DNA of 63,737 nucleotides, filler included, from Squatina squatina (Eukaryota): NCBI GenBank assembly GCA_031763465.1. It is 3 parts of 3 records of this genome, joined end to end, with 100 filler letters (N's around TTAATTAATTAA, not from the genome) between each part and the next. Parts side by side here need not be neighbours in the genome. Positions count along the whole stretch, not along the records: positions 22,199 to 47,694 come from JARFOE010000013.1; 2 more parts are not named here. One strand, given 5' to 3'. Within the stretch, counting starts at the first letter, position 1. Every line of letters begins with the position of its first letter. The translations under genes were made by a program, and so were the position numbers. The notes beneath the pieces are model-generated. The model saw only the letters and a list, made by a program, of their open reading frames with translations, was not told where the DNA came from and ran no database searches. Shown here piece after piece: positions 25,451-38,248 of this stretch.

Positions 25451-28400
25451 CCCAATGGAGTAGATCTTTGTCTTTGGCCCTTTGTGTGGTAATCTAGATC
25501 ATTCTAGAACATGGTCCAGTGGAATAAAAGTGAGCAGGTTCTGGAACAGGCATTCTAGTTTAGCCCCCAGGCAATGAAGATGACAATTCACCCCATGATG
25601 CTTCTAGTCAGAGGGCAAGAAGTCAGAACGTGCGTTGTCCCTTTAAGGAAGTTGAGATCCCCGACCACTCCTCCCGTATACCATGTAAGGAATGTCACTT
25701 CAGCACAGTGTTTGATGTGTTTCTGGCAGAATCCTTGGAGCAGGCTATTGCGACCTTTCCTTTTAGAGGAACCGAGCCCAAGAACGGTGACAACACCTCC
25801 GTAAGTCAACATTTTCGGTGGATTTCTAAGTAGCTAAGTGTTTTGACATTTCAAGAAATATTTCGATTTGTTGCTGCTGTAATTTGGAGTGTTGCAATAA
25901 GATTTCCTTCCACAGAGGCTGACACCACCGTGTGGGCTGTGCTCACTGAGAGTTGTAACCTAGGGCACTGGTTTACTGTTTCCATGGATATATGCACAGG
26001 CTCCCAGAATTTGGCTCCAATAGATCACAATTGTTTCATCAGACAGGGTTGCCAACTCTGGCCGGAGGTATTCCTGGAGGTTTCATCACATGACCCCTCC
26101 CTCCCTCCACTTGCCCCACCTCCACACTCCCCCCATTGATCACCCAACACATCCATCCTCATGTTACCTGATTGGATGACTCTTGGCTTCAACACCATGA
26201 CTGAGATTTTGTACTGATGCTTCCACCCTGCTGTTTGATTGATCTCCATTCCTCTCTNNNNNNNNNNNNNNNNNNNNNNNNNNNNNNNNNNNNNNNNNNN
26301 NNNNNNNNNNNNNNNNNNNNNNNNNNNNNNNNNNNNNNNNNNNNNNNNNNNNNNNNNTACAAAGTGTTCAGTAACTAAACATGTTACATTGGCTGAACTT
26401 CGCTCATTTCTTTTATCAAGAGTGTGTAAATTCAGCATCGGGGCACGTGGCTTACAAAGGCAGTTAGAAATTAACAGAAAAAAAATGAGCCGACTATGAA
26501 ATCAATAGATGTTAAGTACAAATACAGCAGTTGTTGCAATGATTGTAAAGCCAAGGGGTATGGTGATGCAACTCAGCTTGTTTTTCAGGATGGAGGGACG
26601 TTGGGCAACTCTCATCTGCTGTACATGGACGCACTTACCCAACAGCAGAAGGATACCATGTATTGCTGCAGTATTCTGGATTACATAAACTGCATTGCAA
26701 AAGTATCAAAGAAATTCACCTTACGCAACTACTTCTTCTTTGTTATAAGTCTTGAACCCGACCACATCGCACAACTGTATTTAAAAATAAACGTAATGAC
26801 AGACTATTTTTACAATGTCGTTGACCAGGATTATTTTTAATTGCTACCAGTTCCGAAAAACTTTGGCATTCCAAGAAAGCACTTAAAAGATGAAGTATGT
26901 TGAAGAACTATTTTTCATGCAGGCTGCTCAGTTCGCTCCTAGTATTAACCACTGACCGCTTTAAATGTTCTTCCATAAATATCATCAATGAATTTNNNNN
27001 NNNNNNNNNNNNNNNNNNNNNNNNNNNNNNNNNNNNNNNNNNNNNNNNNNNNNNNNNNNNNNNNNNNNNNNNNNNNNNNNNNNNNNNNNNNNNNNCAGCA
27101 CCTTTAGGAGAAAGTTTAACCTCACCTACTGGCGCAGTGGGCCCTGGATCCGTTTCTGGCGTCCAAGCCTGCGGCCCTTGCCTTTAAGGCAGGGGGCGGG
27201 GCCGCAGTTTGCGCCTCCGCGGTTGTGCTGGCATCACGCAACGCTGCTGGCGTAACCCGGCAGTGATGCTGTCCCCAAAGGTTGACAAAGAGCACAAGTC
27301 CGCGTCTCTGTGCGGCGCTGGTCACGTGGCGCAGATTGGGCCATGGGACCCCGAATGCAGCTGCCGATTTCAGTGCTGCTGAATTGGGGGCCCATAGTTC
27401 CATGCTCGAAGGGGTGTCTCCAAAAATTCTGCCCCTTTGTTTTTAAGCTGTGGAGTTCTGTGCTCTCAGTGTTGGCAGTGTTGCACTAAAGTCCCTTCAT
27501 GTGAAATTAATAACATGCTACCTAGCTGTCAGAGGTAGTTCTGTTGCTGCAATATTAATATTTTACAATGAAAAATATTTTTAACAATATTAAATATAAA
27601 TAAAGATCTGAAATTATCTCAGAGGACACTAACATCAAATGCTTGTCATGTTATATGAAATTTCTCTCTGCATGGTTTTGTTGCATTGTCAATCCATTTA
27701 CCTTAAACAGGTTAATAACTCTGCTAATGCAGTGGAGAGGAGAGTGTCAGATGAAGCCACTCAGCATTTGCATGCTAGATTGTCACAGAGCCAAATGTTT
27801 TAAAGCATTGCACTAATTATACTGTTTCACTAAATAATAGTTGTAAATTGCAACGCATTACAATTACAATGCTGTTTTATAAAATGATAAATGTTAAGCA
27901 CTTCTTGTGTAGTTTATTATACACAGTTAATTTTAATTAACCCGGTATAAAAGGTCTATAGCAATACATATATAAAAATAAAACCATATGACAAAACTGA
28001 ACAAGTGAACTGAATAATTTAATACTGCTTATATCATGTCCAACTAATAAAACTTAACCAGCTTTTCTCTGCTCAAAAGTTATTTATTCTGCCATCATTT
28101 AATGTTTATTCTTTTCTATAAATCACCAATTCCATAAATATATCAAAATTCTATACAACTAGCAATTTAACCATCATATATCATCCATTTAAGACCCTTA
28201 TCAAAAACGGTGTTGAATTCAATAACCTTGGCTCTCTGAATGCTGTGAGGGCTGTAGATAGCTATGTCATCTGGAAGCATCAGTTGATATTTTTGGAGGT
28301 TATTGCTGTAAAAGGACAAATGCGTTTGCAAGCTTAACTATTTCAACATGTTCTTCAAGTGTTGCCAGATAGACCAGGCAGTTTTGGATGCCTAATTCAA

Positions 28401-28469
28401 AATGCTGCCCTGTATTGTGCCCAACTAATTATTAGAATCAATTCTGAGAGATAGGATAAACTGTCATTT

Positions 28470-28531
28470 AGAAAGGCATGGATTTGTCAAGGGAAGATCA
28501 TGCCGTACAAATTTGATTGAATTCCTTGAGG
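28470..28531 (+). mobile_element. CR1 RT fragment
   Basis: Encodes HGFVKGRSCRTNLIEFLE. Confidence 0.8.
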
Positions 28532-30226
28532 NNNNNNNNNNNNNNNNNNNNNNNNNNNNNNNNNNNNNNNNNNNNNNNNNNNNNNNNNNNNNNNNNNNNN
28601 NNNNNNNNNNNNNNNNNNNNNNNNNNNNNNNAAAAACAATTTTCGCAAAACACAGCTGTAGTGCTGCATATAACTGTTTAGCTAATGATAATTTAGACCT
28701 TACTCATTATTAGGGCGTTAAACCGGTGGGAGGATTCTGTTGTCAACATTTACTTCTGACAAAAAATAAATTTATTCGGGTTATTCAAAGCAGCTTCTCC
28801 TTGTGCTGTATTCGGCCTTAGCTGCTTATGTTGAGTGCAACACACATTAACCTCCAAATTGCTAAGTATTAACCATGCCATAGCTTTCCCTTGGCATTTC
28901 CTGAACTCTTAACGACAGTAAGGAGAACTCTCTACTGTGCCGTCTGAACTACATGCAGTTAGTTAGCATCACCTCAAATACGCAAGCTGGCAGTAAAGCT
29001 CATCAGGCTTGATTAAAGATTCACATCCGGCTAATTAACTTCAACAGATTAACATGAGTAAATAAATCCAATTAAAAATAATGCAATAAAATAAACTCAA
29101 TTTTATTTCACAGATCACATGAATTGACTCATTAATAAGTTTGACTTTGATAAGCTGTCAAATATGTTTTCAGGGAAATTGAAATCTGCAAGGAAGTAGG
29201 ACTGTAATGGTGTGAGAAGTTGACTGCTGTTTTGGGACGGTTTGTGCCCACTTCNNNNNNNNNNNNNNNNNNNNNNNNNNNNNNNNNNNNNNNNNNNNNN
29301 NNNNNNNNNNNNNNNNNNNNNNNNNNNNNNNNNNNNNNNNNNNNNNNNNNNNNNATGACTGGATGTGGCAGGACTGCAGAGCTCTGATCTGATCTGTTGA
29401 TTGTGAGATCACTTGGCTCTATTTAGAGCATGCTGCTTCTGCTGTTTAGCAGGCATGTAGTCCTGTGCTGCAGCCTGGTGCTGCTCCTGGCATGCTGGCA
29501 TAAATAAGTCAAGTAAAATAATGGAAAACTCAGATTTCAAACCTGTGATCTTACTTTCGAGTTTAGACGCTGGTTAGGTTGTGCTTGAGCTTGGCCCATC
29601 TAGTATGTAATGTCATTGGAGCATATCAATCAGATCAGTGCCAGGGCTCCATTTGCTCATTTTAAATGGTAGGTATTTTGGAATCTTTTACTGTTTTGAC
29701 AAATAGTCAGATTTGACAAACATAGTTTAGACTTAACTGGAATTTGGATGTGGGTTTGATCTAGTAGAAGAACATAAATTGTGAAGACTTAGCTAGCACT
29801 GAATTATTAACTTCAGAATCCATGCTATGTTTACTCAATCTATATATTATCTCTCTGGGGCAGCATACAATGTTATGAATCAGTTCCCCTGTTCTGGTCA
29901 CTCAATCCTTACTTGACACTTCAATTGAGAAACATGAACATGTTAATAAAAAAAGAGAGCTTGTTGCAAACAGGAGCCTTTCTCAGTAAGGAAACATAAC
30001 TGACTGCATGAATACAATGTGTGAGCTGTCAGTCAAGCAGAATGGATGTTGTAGGAAGTAGTTGGTTTTCATTTAGAAGCAATAGATGCTGAATTATAAA
30101 TCTACTGGAGTCCTTTGAGGAGGTATNNNNNNNNNNNNNNNNNNNNNNNNNNNNNNNNNNNNNNNNNNNNNNNNNNNNNNNNNNNNNNNNNNNNNNNNNN
30201 NNNNNNNNNNNNNNNNNNNNNNNNNN

Positions 30227-30662
30227 CGTATGAGGAGAGATTGGGTCGATTAGGCCTATATTCACTGGAGTTTAGAAGAATGAGAGGGGATCTCATAGAA
30301 ACCAATAAAATTCTAACAGGGCTGGACAGAGGAGATGCAGGGAGGATGTTCCCGATGGCTGGGGAATCCAGAACAAGGGGTCACAGCCTCAGGATACAGG
30401 GTATGCCATTTAGAACCGAGATGAGGAGAAATTTCTTCATTCAGAGGGTGGTGAACCTGTGGAATTCTCTATCACAGAAGGCAATGGAGCCCAAGTCATT
30501 AAATATATTCAAGAAGACGATAGATATATTTCTTAATGCTAAAGGGATCGAGGGATATGGGGAGAAAGTGAGAACAGGGTAGTGAATTAGATGATCAGCC
30601 ATGATCATATTGAATGGCAGAGCAGGCCCGAGAGGCTGAATGCTCCTATTTTCTATGTTTCT
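30227..30662 (+). mobile_element. CR1 LINE ORF2 C-terminus and 3' tail
   Basis: YEERLGRLGLYSLEFRRMRGDLIE...RTRGHSLRI...RRNFFIQRVVNLWNSL, then a TTCTATGT tail. Confidence 0.95.
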
Positions 30663-31754
30663 AAAATGAAGCACCTGTAAGGAAAATATTAACATTTTCA
30701 GTTTTACAGGCTGACACACTGGGTATCTTGCCCTTTTACCAGAAGGCTTTCACAGGGTGCACAGGCGCAAACCCCACATAGAATACACTTTCCTCCCGGG
30801 TTACCAGCAGCGGTGCCCGGAAGATCGATCGGCAATTGTGGGAGACTCTCAGACAATCCAGGACAGTTGGCACCCCGAAGAGGGGGATTTGTTCGGGTGT
30901 AGATGCCTCAAGGTTGCAGTGCAATTTTTCGGCCTGATGTGACTTGTGGATTTTCTTTTTGCTCCAGGGAACTATAGTGCTTCAGAAATCTAGGGCACGG
31001 AATACATGCACTGGGAAACCGGGTGGGGTCTTAAACAGTTCCTCTGCAAGCCTGCATTCACACATTCTCAGAGCCTTTATAAATCAGCTGTATCAACTAT
31101 ACTATAATAATCTTAATGATTTTACAAAAGAGCGAGGTAAGTTTCAAACATGTTAGACTTAATGAAGGGTCATTCTCAAAATGATGCAAATTTAAGAAAT
31201 TCCAGAGAATTGGCGGAAATGGACCCAGCTCTTTAGTTAAATACATGAGTAGCCAGTTCTCGCATTTGAGCGCTAAGTCCAGGGATAAGTTGTCTTGGCA
31301 ACAGCCGTAGTGACCATTCTTCCCACAGTGCTGCTTCACTTGTGATTAAGGGCTCTTAGTCATGTAAATTGGCTGCAGATGTTGAGGAGAATTCTCTGGG
31401 CATTTCTTCATCACTCTTCTAATATGGCAGCAATGAAACTCTTTTCATTACAGATTATGGCTTAATTAACACTTAAGCGGCTGAATGCGCTGAGNNNNNN
31501 NNNNNNNNNNNNNNNNNNNNNNNNNNNNNNNNNNNNNNNNNNNNNNNNNNNNNNNNNNNNNNNNNNNNNNNNNNNNNNNNNNNNNNNNNNNNNNACACTA
31601 AATTCAATGACCTGCAGGTCTTAGACCACACGCTATACAAAAGACAGGCGATTTTTTCCGCAAGAAAGAGCAATAGCAACACTAGAACAAAAGGCCTGGT
31701 TGTTGCTGTATGGCTGCAGGATTGAATGAGCAGCACATGCACCACACTACATAC

Positions 31755-31933
31755 CTCAGGATCTTCATAAACCTCTGGGTCCATATGTAGAATTGGAGGG
31801 CAAAGGGTTACGAAATCTCCTTTTCTCAATTTGATTCTTTGTTCTTCATTAAATTTTAGAGTGAAATCCTCCTGGGCAATTCGGACGATCGTAGAGAAAC
31901 TGCATAAGCGAAAGGCTTCATTTATTGCACTTC
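31755..31933 (-). CDS. CYP7B1: Cytochrome P450 family 7 internal exon (K-helix ExxR to PxxY region), most like oxysterol 7-alpha-hydroxylase
   Basis: Acceptor CCTTTAG| and donor GAG|GTATGT, 179 nt. Encodes SAINEAFRLCSFSTIVRIAQEDFTLKFNEEQRIKLRKGDFVTLCPPILHMDPEVYEDPE. LRKGD and HMDPEVYEDP favour CYP7B1 over CYP7A1. Confidence 0.8.
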
Positions 31934-32983
31934 CTAAAGGCATATGATAATAAGAATGGACAAAGGGAAAAATGCAGAGACAGAGAGAGAGAGAAAAAAA
32001 AAGTGTTACCATCGTGAATTTTGTAATGGTCCTGTCTCAGACTGTCACATCTTTTATTTACACAACTTAAAATTTATTTTGGAAAAATGATGAAGATAAA
32101 AATCCAGCAAGATTTCATGTTTATGCACAGGCGTGCAACCTGTATCTACTGGACTGATCAGTGAAGCATTGTTCTGCCAAAGGCAATGCCTTGGGTTGGC
32201 TTTCCTGCTCTTCAGTTTAGGTGAATAATAACATCAATCAAACAGCATAAATCACTGTTGCTCTACAGTTTGCCTTTGATCCATATCAATTTTCAGCCTT
32301 TTGGAGAAGGCATTGGCAGTGTGTAAGATTGTGGCAGATGGAAATTGCTGCTTATTTTCATTAAATGGAAAGAAATTATTGCTTGATAAGCTTTTCGCTC
32401 CCAAAGCCAATACTATTAGTAAAGCAATTACAGAAGCAGCTTGTATTGGAGACTGACTGTTTAACAGGGTCAACACGTTAAAACAAAGTCTGCTTATCAC
32501 ACTTTCCATATTATTGTGGTAATTTGTCATGACTCTTATCGCCAGGCACATCATTCAAGCAAGTAACTCCGAAAAGANNNNNNNNNNNNNNNNNNNNNNN
32601 NNNNNNNNNNNNNNNNNNNNNNNNNNNNNNNNNNNNNNNNNNNNNNNNNNNNNNNNNNNNNNNNNNNNNNNNNNNNNCCTCTTAGCTTTATTTTGCATTA
32701 TGGCCCTATTTGTTTCTCACCCTTATTTTCTCTGCCTTCCACTTTTGCTTTCTCTCTTTCTGTCTTTTATTTCTATCCTTGTCTCCCCTTCCTCCGTCTC
32801 CCTGCTCAGGTTCCCATCCCCCTGCCTTCTTCATTTCCTTTGTTTAGATTTCGGACTCTAGTTTCGTATTGAACCACCTCACTTTCTCTCTTAATGAAGA
32901 TTGATAGGAGAATTTACTATTCTATACCTAAATTCATGCTTATTTTTAGTATTACTAAAAGCATTCTAACTCCAGCCTTTCTC

Positions 32984-33168
32984 ACACCTGATTCTTGGTG
33001 ATGTTATGGTATTTATACAACCGGATCTCTTGTGACCATATGGAGTGTATACAAACTGATCATCGGTCATCTGATGGTGCCAACACAACCTGATCTCTGG
33101 TGATCTTGTGGTGTGTATACAACCTGACCTCTGGTGATCTTATGCTGTCGACACAACCTGATCTTGAC
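32984..33168. repeat. 34-bp minisatellite, about 5.5 diverged copies
   Basis: Unit approximately ACAACCTGATCTCTGGTGATCTTATGGTGTGTAT. Confidence 0.85.
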
Positions 33169-34229
33169 CTTTAAGATGAATGATGGTTATTCTGCAATTA
33201 TGGGTCAGGTTATTGTGAACCAGACAGAAGAATTCATAGATCTACTTAACATATGCTTTGAAAAAAGTCTCATTTTCTATGCAGTTTCGGAAATGATTTC
33301 AGGGCCACTCTGCATTATTTGTCATCCTAAGTGCATGGAGATGTGCTTTTTTATTAATGCAAAAATGTAATTTTGTGCCTCAGAACTCAAGCAATGGAAG
33401 TTATGATATCAGAAAGACAATGAGCAAATTGTTCATCAATCATATACAGTATTGTGTCCCACACAATTAGGTTTTATTCAGCTTGTAATCTTAATTACTG
33501 AGAAGGACAGGTACAAGATTAGCATTCACAGAGCCTGCACAGTTACCAGGCATTCTAAATAGCTTGTTTTTAAAACCGGTTAGTAATCATGCACGATCAC
33601 ATCAAGTGCATTGTTTTGAACAATGAAATGATGGGAAACTATTAATTATCATGCTGACAATATAGATGGTCCTACTGTTGCATTAGTTGTAAATAACTTG
33701 CAAATCGTGCTCAAGTGCCTGTGCTTGTTAGATTACATAGCTTTTCAACAGAAATCAAGGGAGTTGTTTTATAATGACATTTGAAACAGATGTTGCAGCG
33801 CAATTTCACTTTTACATTCCATGTAGAAATTCATTAAGCATTTAGCGTTTAGTAGACTAGCCTAGAAATTGCTACTTAAGGGTTAACTGTGGGTTATTTT
33901 GGGGAGTAACATAGGTTCTTGGTTTACTCACATTTTTGCTATGTTCAAAATATTTACTCATCAAAATTGCTGTTGAATGTGTTGTTACAGAGTTAGTANN
34001 NNNNNNNNNNNNNNNNNNNNNNNNNNNNNNNNNNNNNNNNNNNNNNNNNNNNNNNNNNNNNNNNNNNNNNNNNNNNNNNNNNNNNNNNNNNNNNNNNNGA
34101 GCAGTGGCAGGGAAGGAGTGCGGACCTCCGGGGAGGGACCGCGGGGCTCAACAGAGGTAGTGCGGGCCGCTGGGGAGGGATCAGTGGCAGGGAAAAATCA
34201 TGGGCCTCAAGGGAGAGGACTGGGCCTCT

Positions 34230-34470
34230 GGAGAAGGATGAGAGTTTTAAAATTAAGACTTTTCCGGACCTGGAGCCAATGTAGGTCAGTGACCACAGGG
34301 GTGATGGGTGAACTGGACTTGGTGTGAGTTAGGATACGGGCAGCAGATTTTCGGATGAGCTCAGGGTGGTAGGTGGGAGGCCGGCCAGGAGAACATTGGA
34401 ATAGTCAAGTGTAGATAACAAAGGCACAGATGAAGGTTTCAGCTGCAAGATGAGCTGAGGCAGGGGTGAA
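34230..34470 (-). mobile_element. L2 LINE fragment
   Basis: Homologous to 18640-18890 (GCCAATGTAGGTCAG...GGAATAGTCAAGT...GATGAGCTGAGGCAGGGG). Confidence 0.8.
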
Positions 34471-34665
34471 GTTAGGAGCTATATTGGGAACAGTTCTTCA
34501 TCCCATTTATAAATTGCTTTGCCCTGTTTATTATTACTCAGAAGCCTAGAAGATACCTAGTCACTTTAGTGTTACAAAGATTCCTAAGATGTCTCTGAGA
34601 AGTAAACTGCTAAGAACATTGTATTTTCTGTGAATCTGAAGGTTGATTTCCTGACTCAAGAACTA

Positions 34666-34826
34666 CACTGGAACCTCGCTATAGCACGGAACTTGGTTTA
34701 ACGTGGGTCCATCTTGGACCCCATTTGAATCGGCGCTTTAAAAGGACCTCGCTATAACATGGTTTTGGCTAGAACACGGTCCCACCATATGGACCCTGCG
34801 GACCATATTATAGCGGGGTCCCAGTG
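34666..34826. mobile_element. Tc1/mariner (pogo/Tigger-like) MITE
   Basis: TIRs CACTGGAACCTCGCTATA / TATAGCGGGGTCCCAGTG, flanked by TA on both sides. Confidence 0.85.
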
Positions 34827-35334
34827 TATACACTATATATCTCTCTGGTACTTCAAACATTTATTTATTGCTCTACAAATTCAGTGAAAGCTTACACGGT
34901 ATTGATGTCCTTATCATAAAGCCGTACCCATTAACACTAGTAGGAATCTAATGTAATCTAGCTTCAAAGCCTGCTCTCAACACTAGTAAATCAAACAGGC
35001 TTCGAGCTGAACTGCTTATACTTCCAGGCTTCTGACAAAAGAGATTGCACCAAAGCAATCAAAGCTTTAGATTAATTAATGCACCCACCATGCAAGCTAC
35101 TGAAACAAGTCTTGAACTGAAGCTATTATGCAGATGGAATCCTTGAAATGTACCAGGAGTCCACTCATGGAATGGGGATAGCCTGCAGTGCAGTGTATTG
35201 TATTGTTTCACTGCCCTTTCCCACGAAAGATTAGNNNNNNNNNNNNNNNNNNNNNNNNNNNNNNNNNNNNNNNNNNNNNNNNNNNNNNNNNNNNNNNNNN
35301 NNNNNNNNNNNNNNNNNNNNNNNNNNNNNNNNNN

Positions 35335-35833
<499 letters not shown>

Positions 35834-37954
35834 TCAAATCAATCAATAAAAACTGACCAAAATCTCCCGGCAGAAAGTAGCAGCAACCAGCACAAGAAGT
35901 AATTCCACCTGCGGGAGCAGCAGCAAATAATTTTTGGTCTCAATCCACCAACACAACGCCACGTAACCACTCTCAAATCCAGCCCGCAACAGGCTCTTCC
36001 GCAACGGCCTCCNNNNNNNNNNNNNNNNNNNNNNNNNNNNNNNNNNNNNNNNNNNNNNNNNNNNNNNNNNNNNNNNNNNNNNNNNNNNNNNNNNNNNNNN
36101 NNNNNNNNNNNNGCTGGAAAGTGGGAATAGGCTGGATAGCTCTTTTTCGGTGGCACAGACATGATGGGCAGAATGGCTTTCTTCTGTGCCGTAAATCTCT
36201 ATGATTCTATAATGATGCTTAGGGTCTATGATGGAATAGGAACCTTGTGTTAATAAATGCATTCTTCCCCCATCTTTTATGCTCTTTGATAGGTGACATT
36301 CACTGTCGTCAAAACATTTTTCTCTACATTTTTTAAGTGCTGTAAGGTACTTACTAAGTGGTTTAATGCAAACAGGCATTTCTGTGTCTTTTTCTTTAGT
36401 TACTGCAGCAGAATCAGAAGGTATTCTGAGGTGAAATCCTATTAAACATTATACTTAAGCATGGAATGTGAAAGAGCCTTGTTAAACCAGTATAATGTAG
36501 GATTAAAAACCATAACAGGGAACTCCCCCCACGCCTCACTGTAGCCTTTTCGATCTTCTTTGTTTTATAACTAAATTTTGCCTCTATTGCTTGAGTCATC
36601 TCGATAGCCACCAATATTCTACCCCATGGCCTGATTTGCATTCTCCTCACTCCATACTTTAGCACTTTCATCTATTTCAGTAACACAATTCCTTTTTGAT
36701 TCATCTGCAGTACTGCTACAAGCACACCCTTTCTCTTTGAATTACACTACCCTCACAAACAGATTTTTATTAAAATGGAATATTCTAAATATCGCCTTAA
36801 CCACTTAAGGCCTGAAAGTCATATTAGCACAACCTGGCTTGTCACACACATTTTCCCATGAGTTATATTCTACACATTAAACTGCCTACTTAATTCTCAA
36901 TATCTGGACCATAGACTAATGTAATAACAAATTTGTTCAACACATCTCTGTTCTGAGTGCTGCTTGAATAAAAATGTAAAACCTCATCCTAATTCTGAAC
37001 ACAATGCAAAGAGTCTGCTGCAGTCTGAATTGTTTTAAAGGATGATAAAAATGACTCGAATAACAGCTCAGGTTGTACTTCCTANNNNNNNNNNNNNNNN
37101 NNNNNNNNNNNNNNNNNNNNNNNNNNNNNNNNNNNNNNNNNNNNNNNNNNNNNNNNNNNNNNNNNNNNNNNNNNNNNNNNNNNNAACAAAAATCAAATTT
37201 CTTTTTTCACAATCTATTCTTTTTATTCATAAGCTCGTGTAGCTCAATAGTGCAAATTTATTCATAGCTGTCACCGTAACCTTGGGTTCAAATTTTAGCT
37301 CTCCAGAAGGCTGTGAAGGTCACTGACTAATGGAGATTTAGCCCCTTCACATGAAAGATTAATTGATCTCTGATGGAGAAAGGCTGCCCACAGCATTAAA
37401 AGATATACACATTGGCATTTTGATCAGATATATGGAAATATATTCACATTAGGCACTTGCCAACATAAAATACTTCATTAAGCTTTAATTGTAGCATGCA
37501 GTTGACGACAATATGAAAATGAAAGGCTCTGGCTCCTTGTGAATGGTACGGATTAGTTTACTGTGTCTGCGGTGCTTATGTTCAACATAACCTTTTCAAA
37601 ATTCAGAAAGGGAGATCGGGTAGAAGGAATCAGACTGTTTATTTATGGTCTAGTTCTTTGGAGCATGTCAGGTGGCTGTCTACATACGGCATAACAATTG
37701 CTGGAAGATCTATCCAGATGGCATAATCTTTAACTTGACCCTGTGAAGCCATTTTGAAACCTACAGATTTTTTCTCTACCTCTACCTCTCCTCAAACTCA
37801 GGTGTGAACTTTTAGCTTAAGCTACAGCGGGAGTACCTATTTATCTTTTAGTGCATATATCTGAATGAACTTCCAACTTTAGAACAAGTGCAAAGAGCTC
37901 ATAGACATCTTTATCACTAAAAGTGAAACCATCTGTTCAGCTGTCTCTTCTTAG

Positions 37955-38248
37955 GAACCTAGGAACAGGAGTAGGCCATTTAGCCCCTCGAGCCTGTTCC
38001 ACCGTTCAATGAGATCATGTCTGATCTGTGATCTAACTCATATACCCGCCTTTGCCCCATATCCTTTAATACCTTTGGTTAACAAAAATCTATCAATCTC
38101 AGATTTAAAATTCACAATTGACCAAACATTCGTTGCCATTTGCAGAAGAGAGTTCTAAATGTCTACCACCCTTTGTGTGTAGACTTGTTTCCTAATTTCA
38201 CTCCCGAAAGGCCTGGCTCTAATTTTAAGACTTTGCCCCCTCGTCCTA
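37955..38248 (-). mobile_element. CR1 LINE 3' end
   Basis: AGGAACAGGAGTAGGCCATTTAGCCCCTCG tail. The reverse strand encodes TRGQSLKIRARPF. Confidence 0.88.

Noticed and set aside
30710-30942. CpG-containing stretch with short ORFs on both strands
   Set aside because: No frame resembles a protein I recognise, so it cannot be supported as an exon.
31470-31494. Possible mir-124 near CYP7B1 (TAAGCGGCTGAATGC)
   Set aside because: It lacks the miR-124 seed AAGGCAC and no precursor hairpin is visible.
32984-33168. CRISPR-like array
   Set aside because: The variable parts are homologous to each other and only about 10 nt long. There are no cas genes and the context is vertebrate, so it is a minisatellite.
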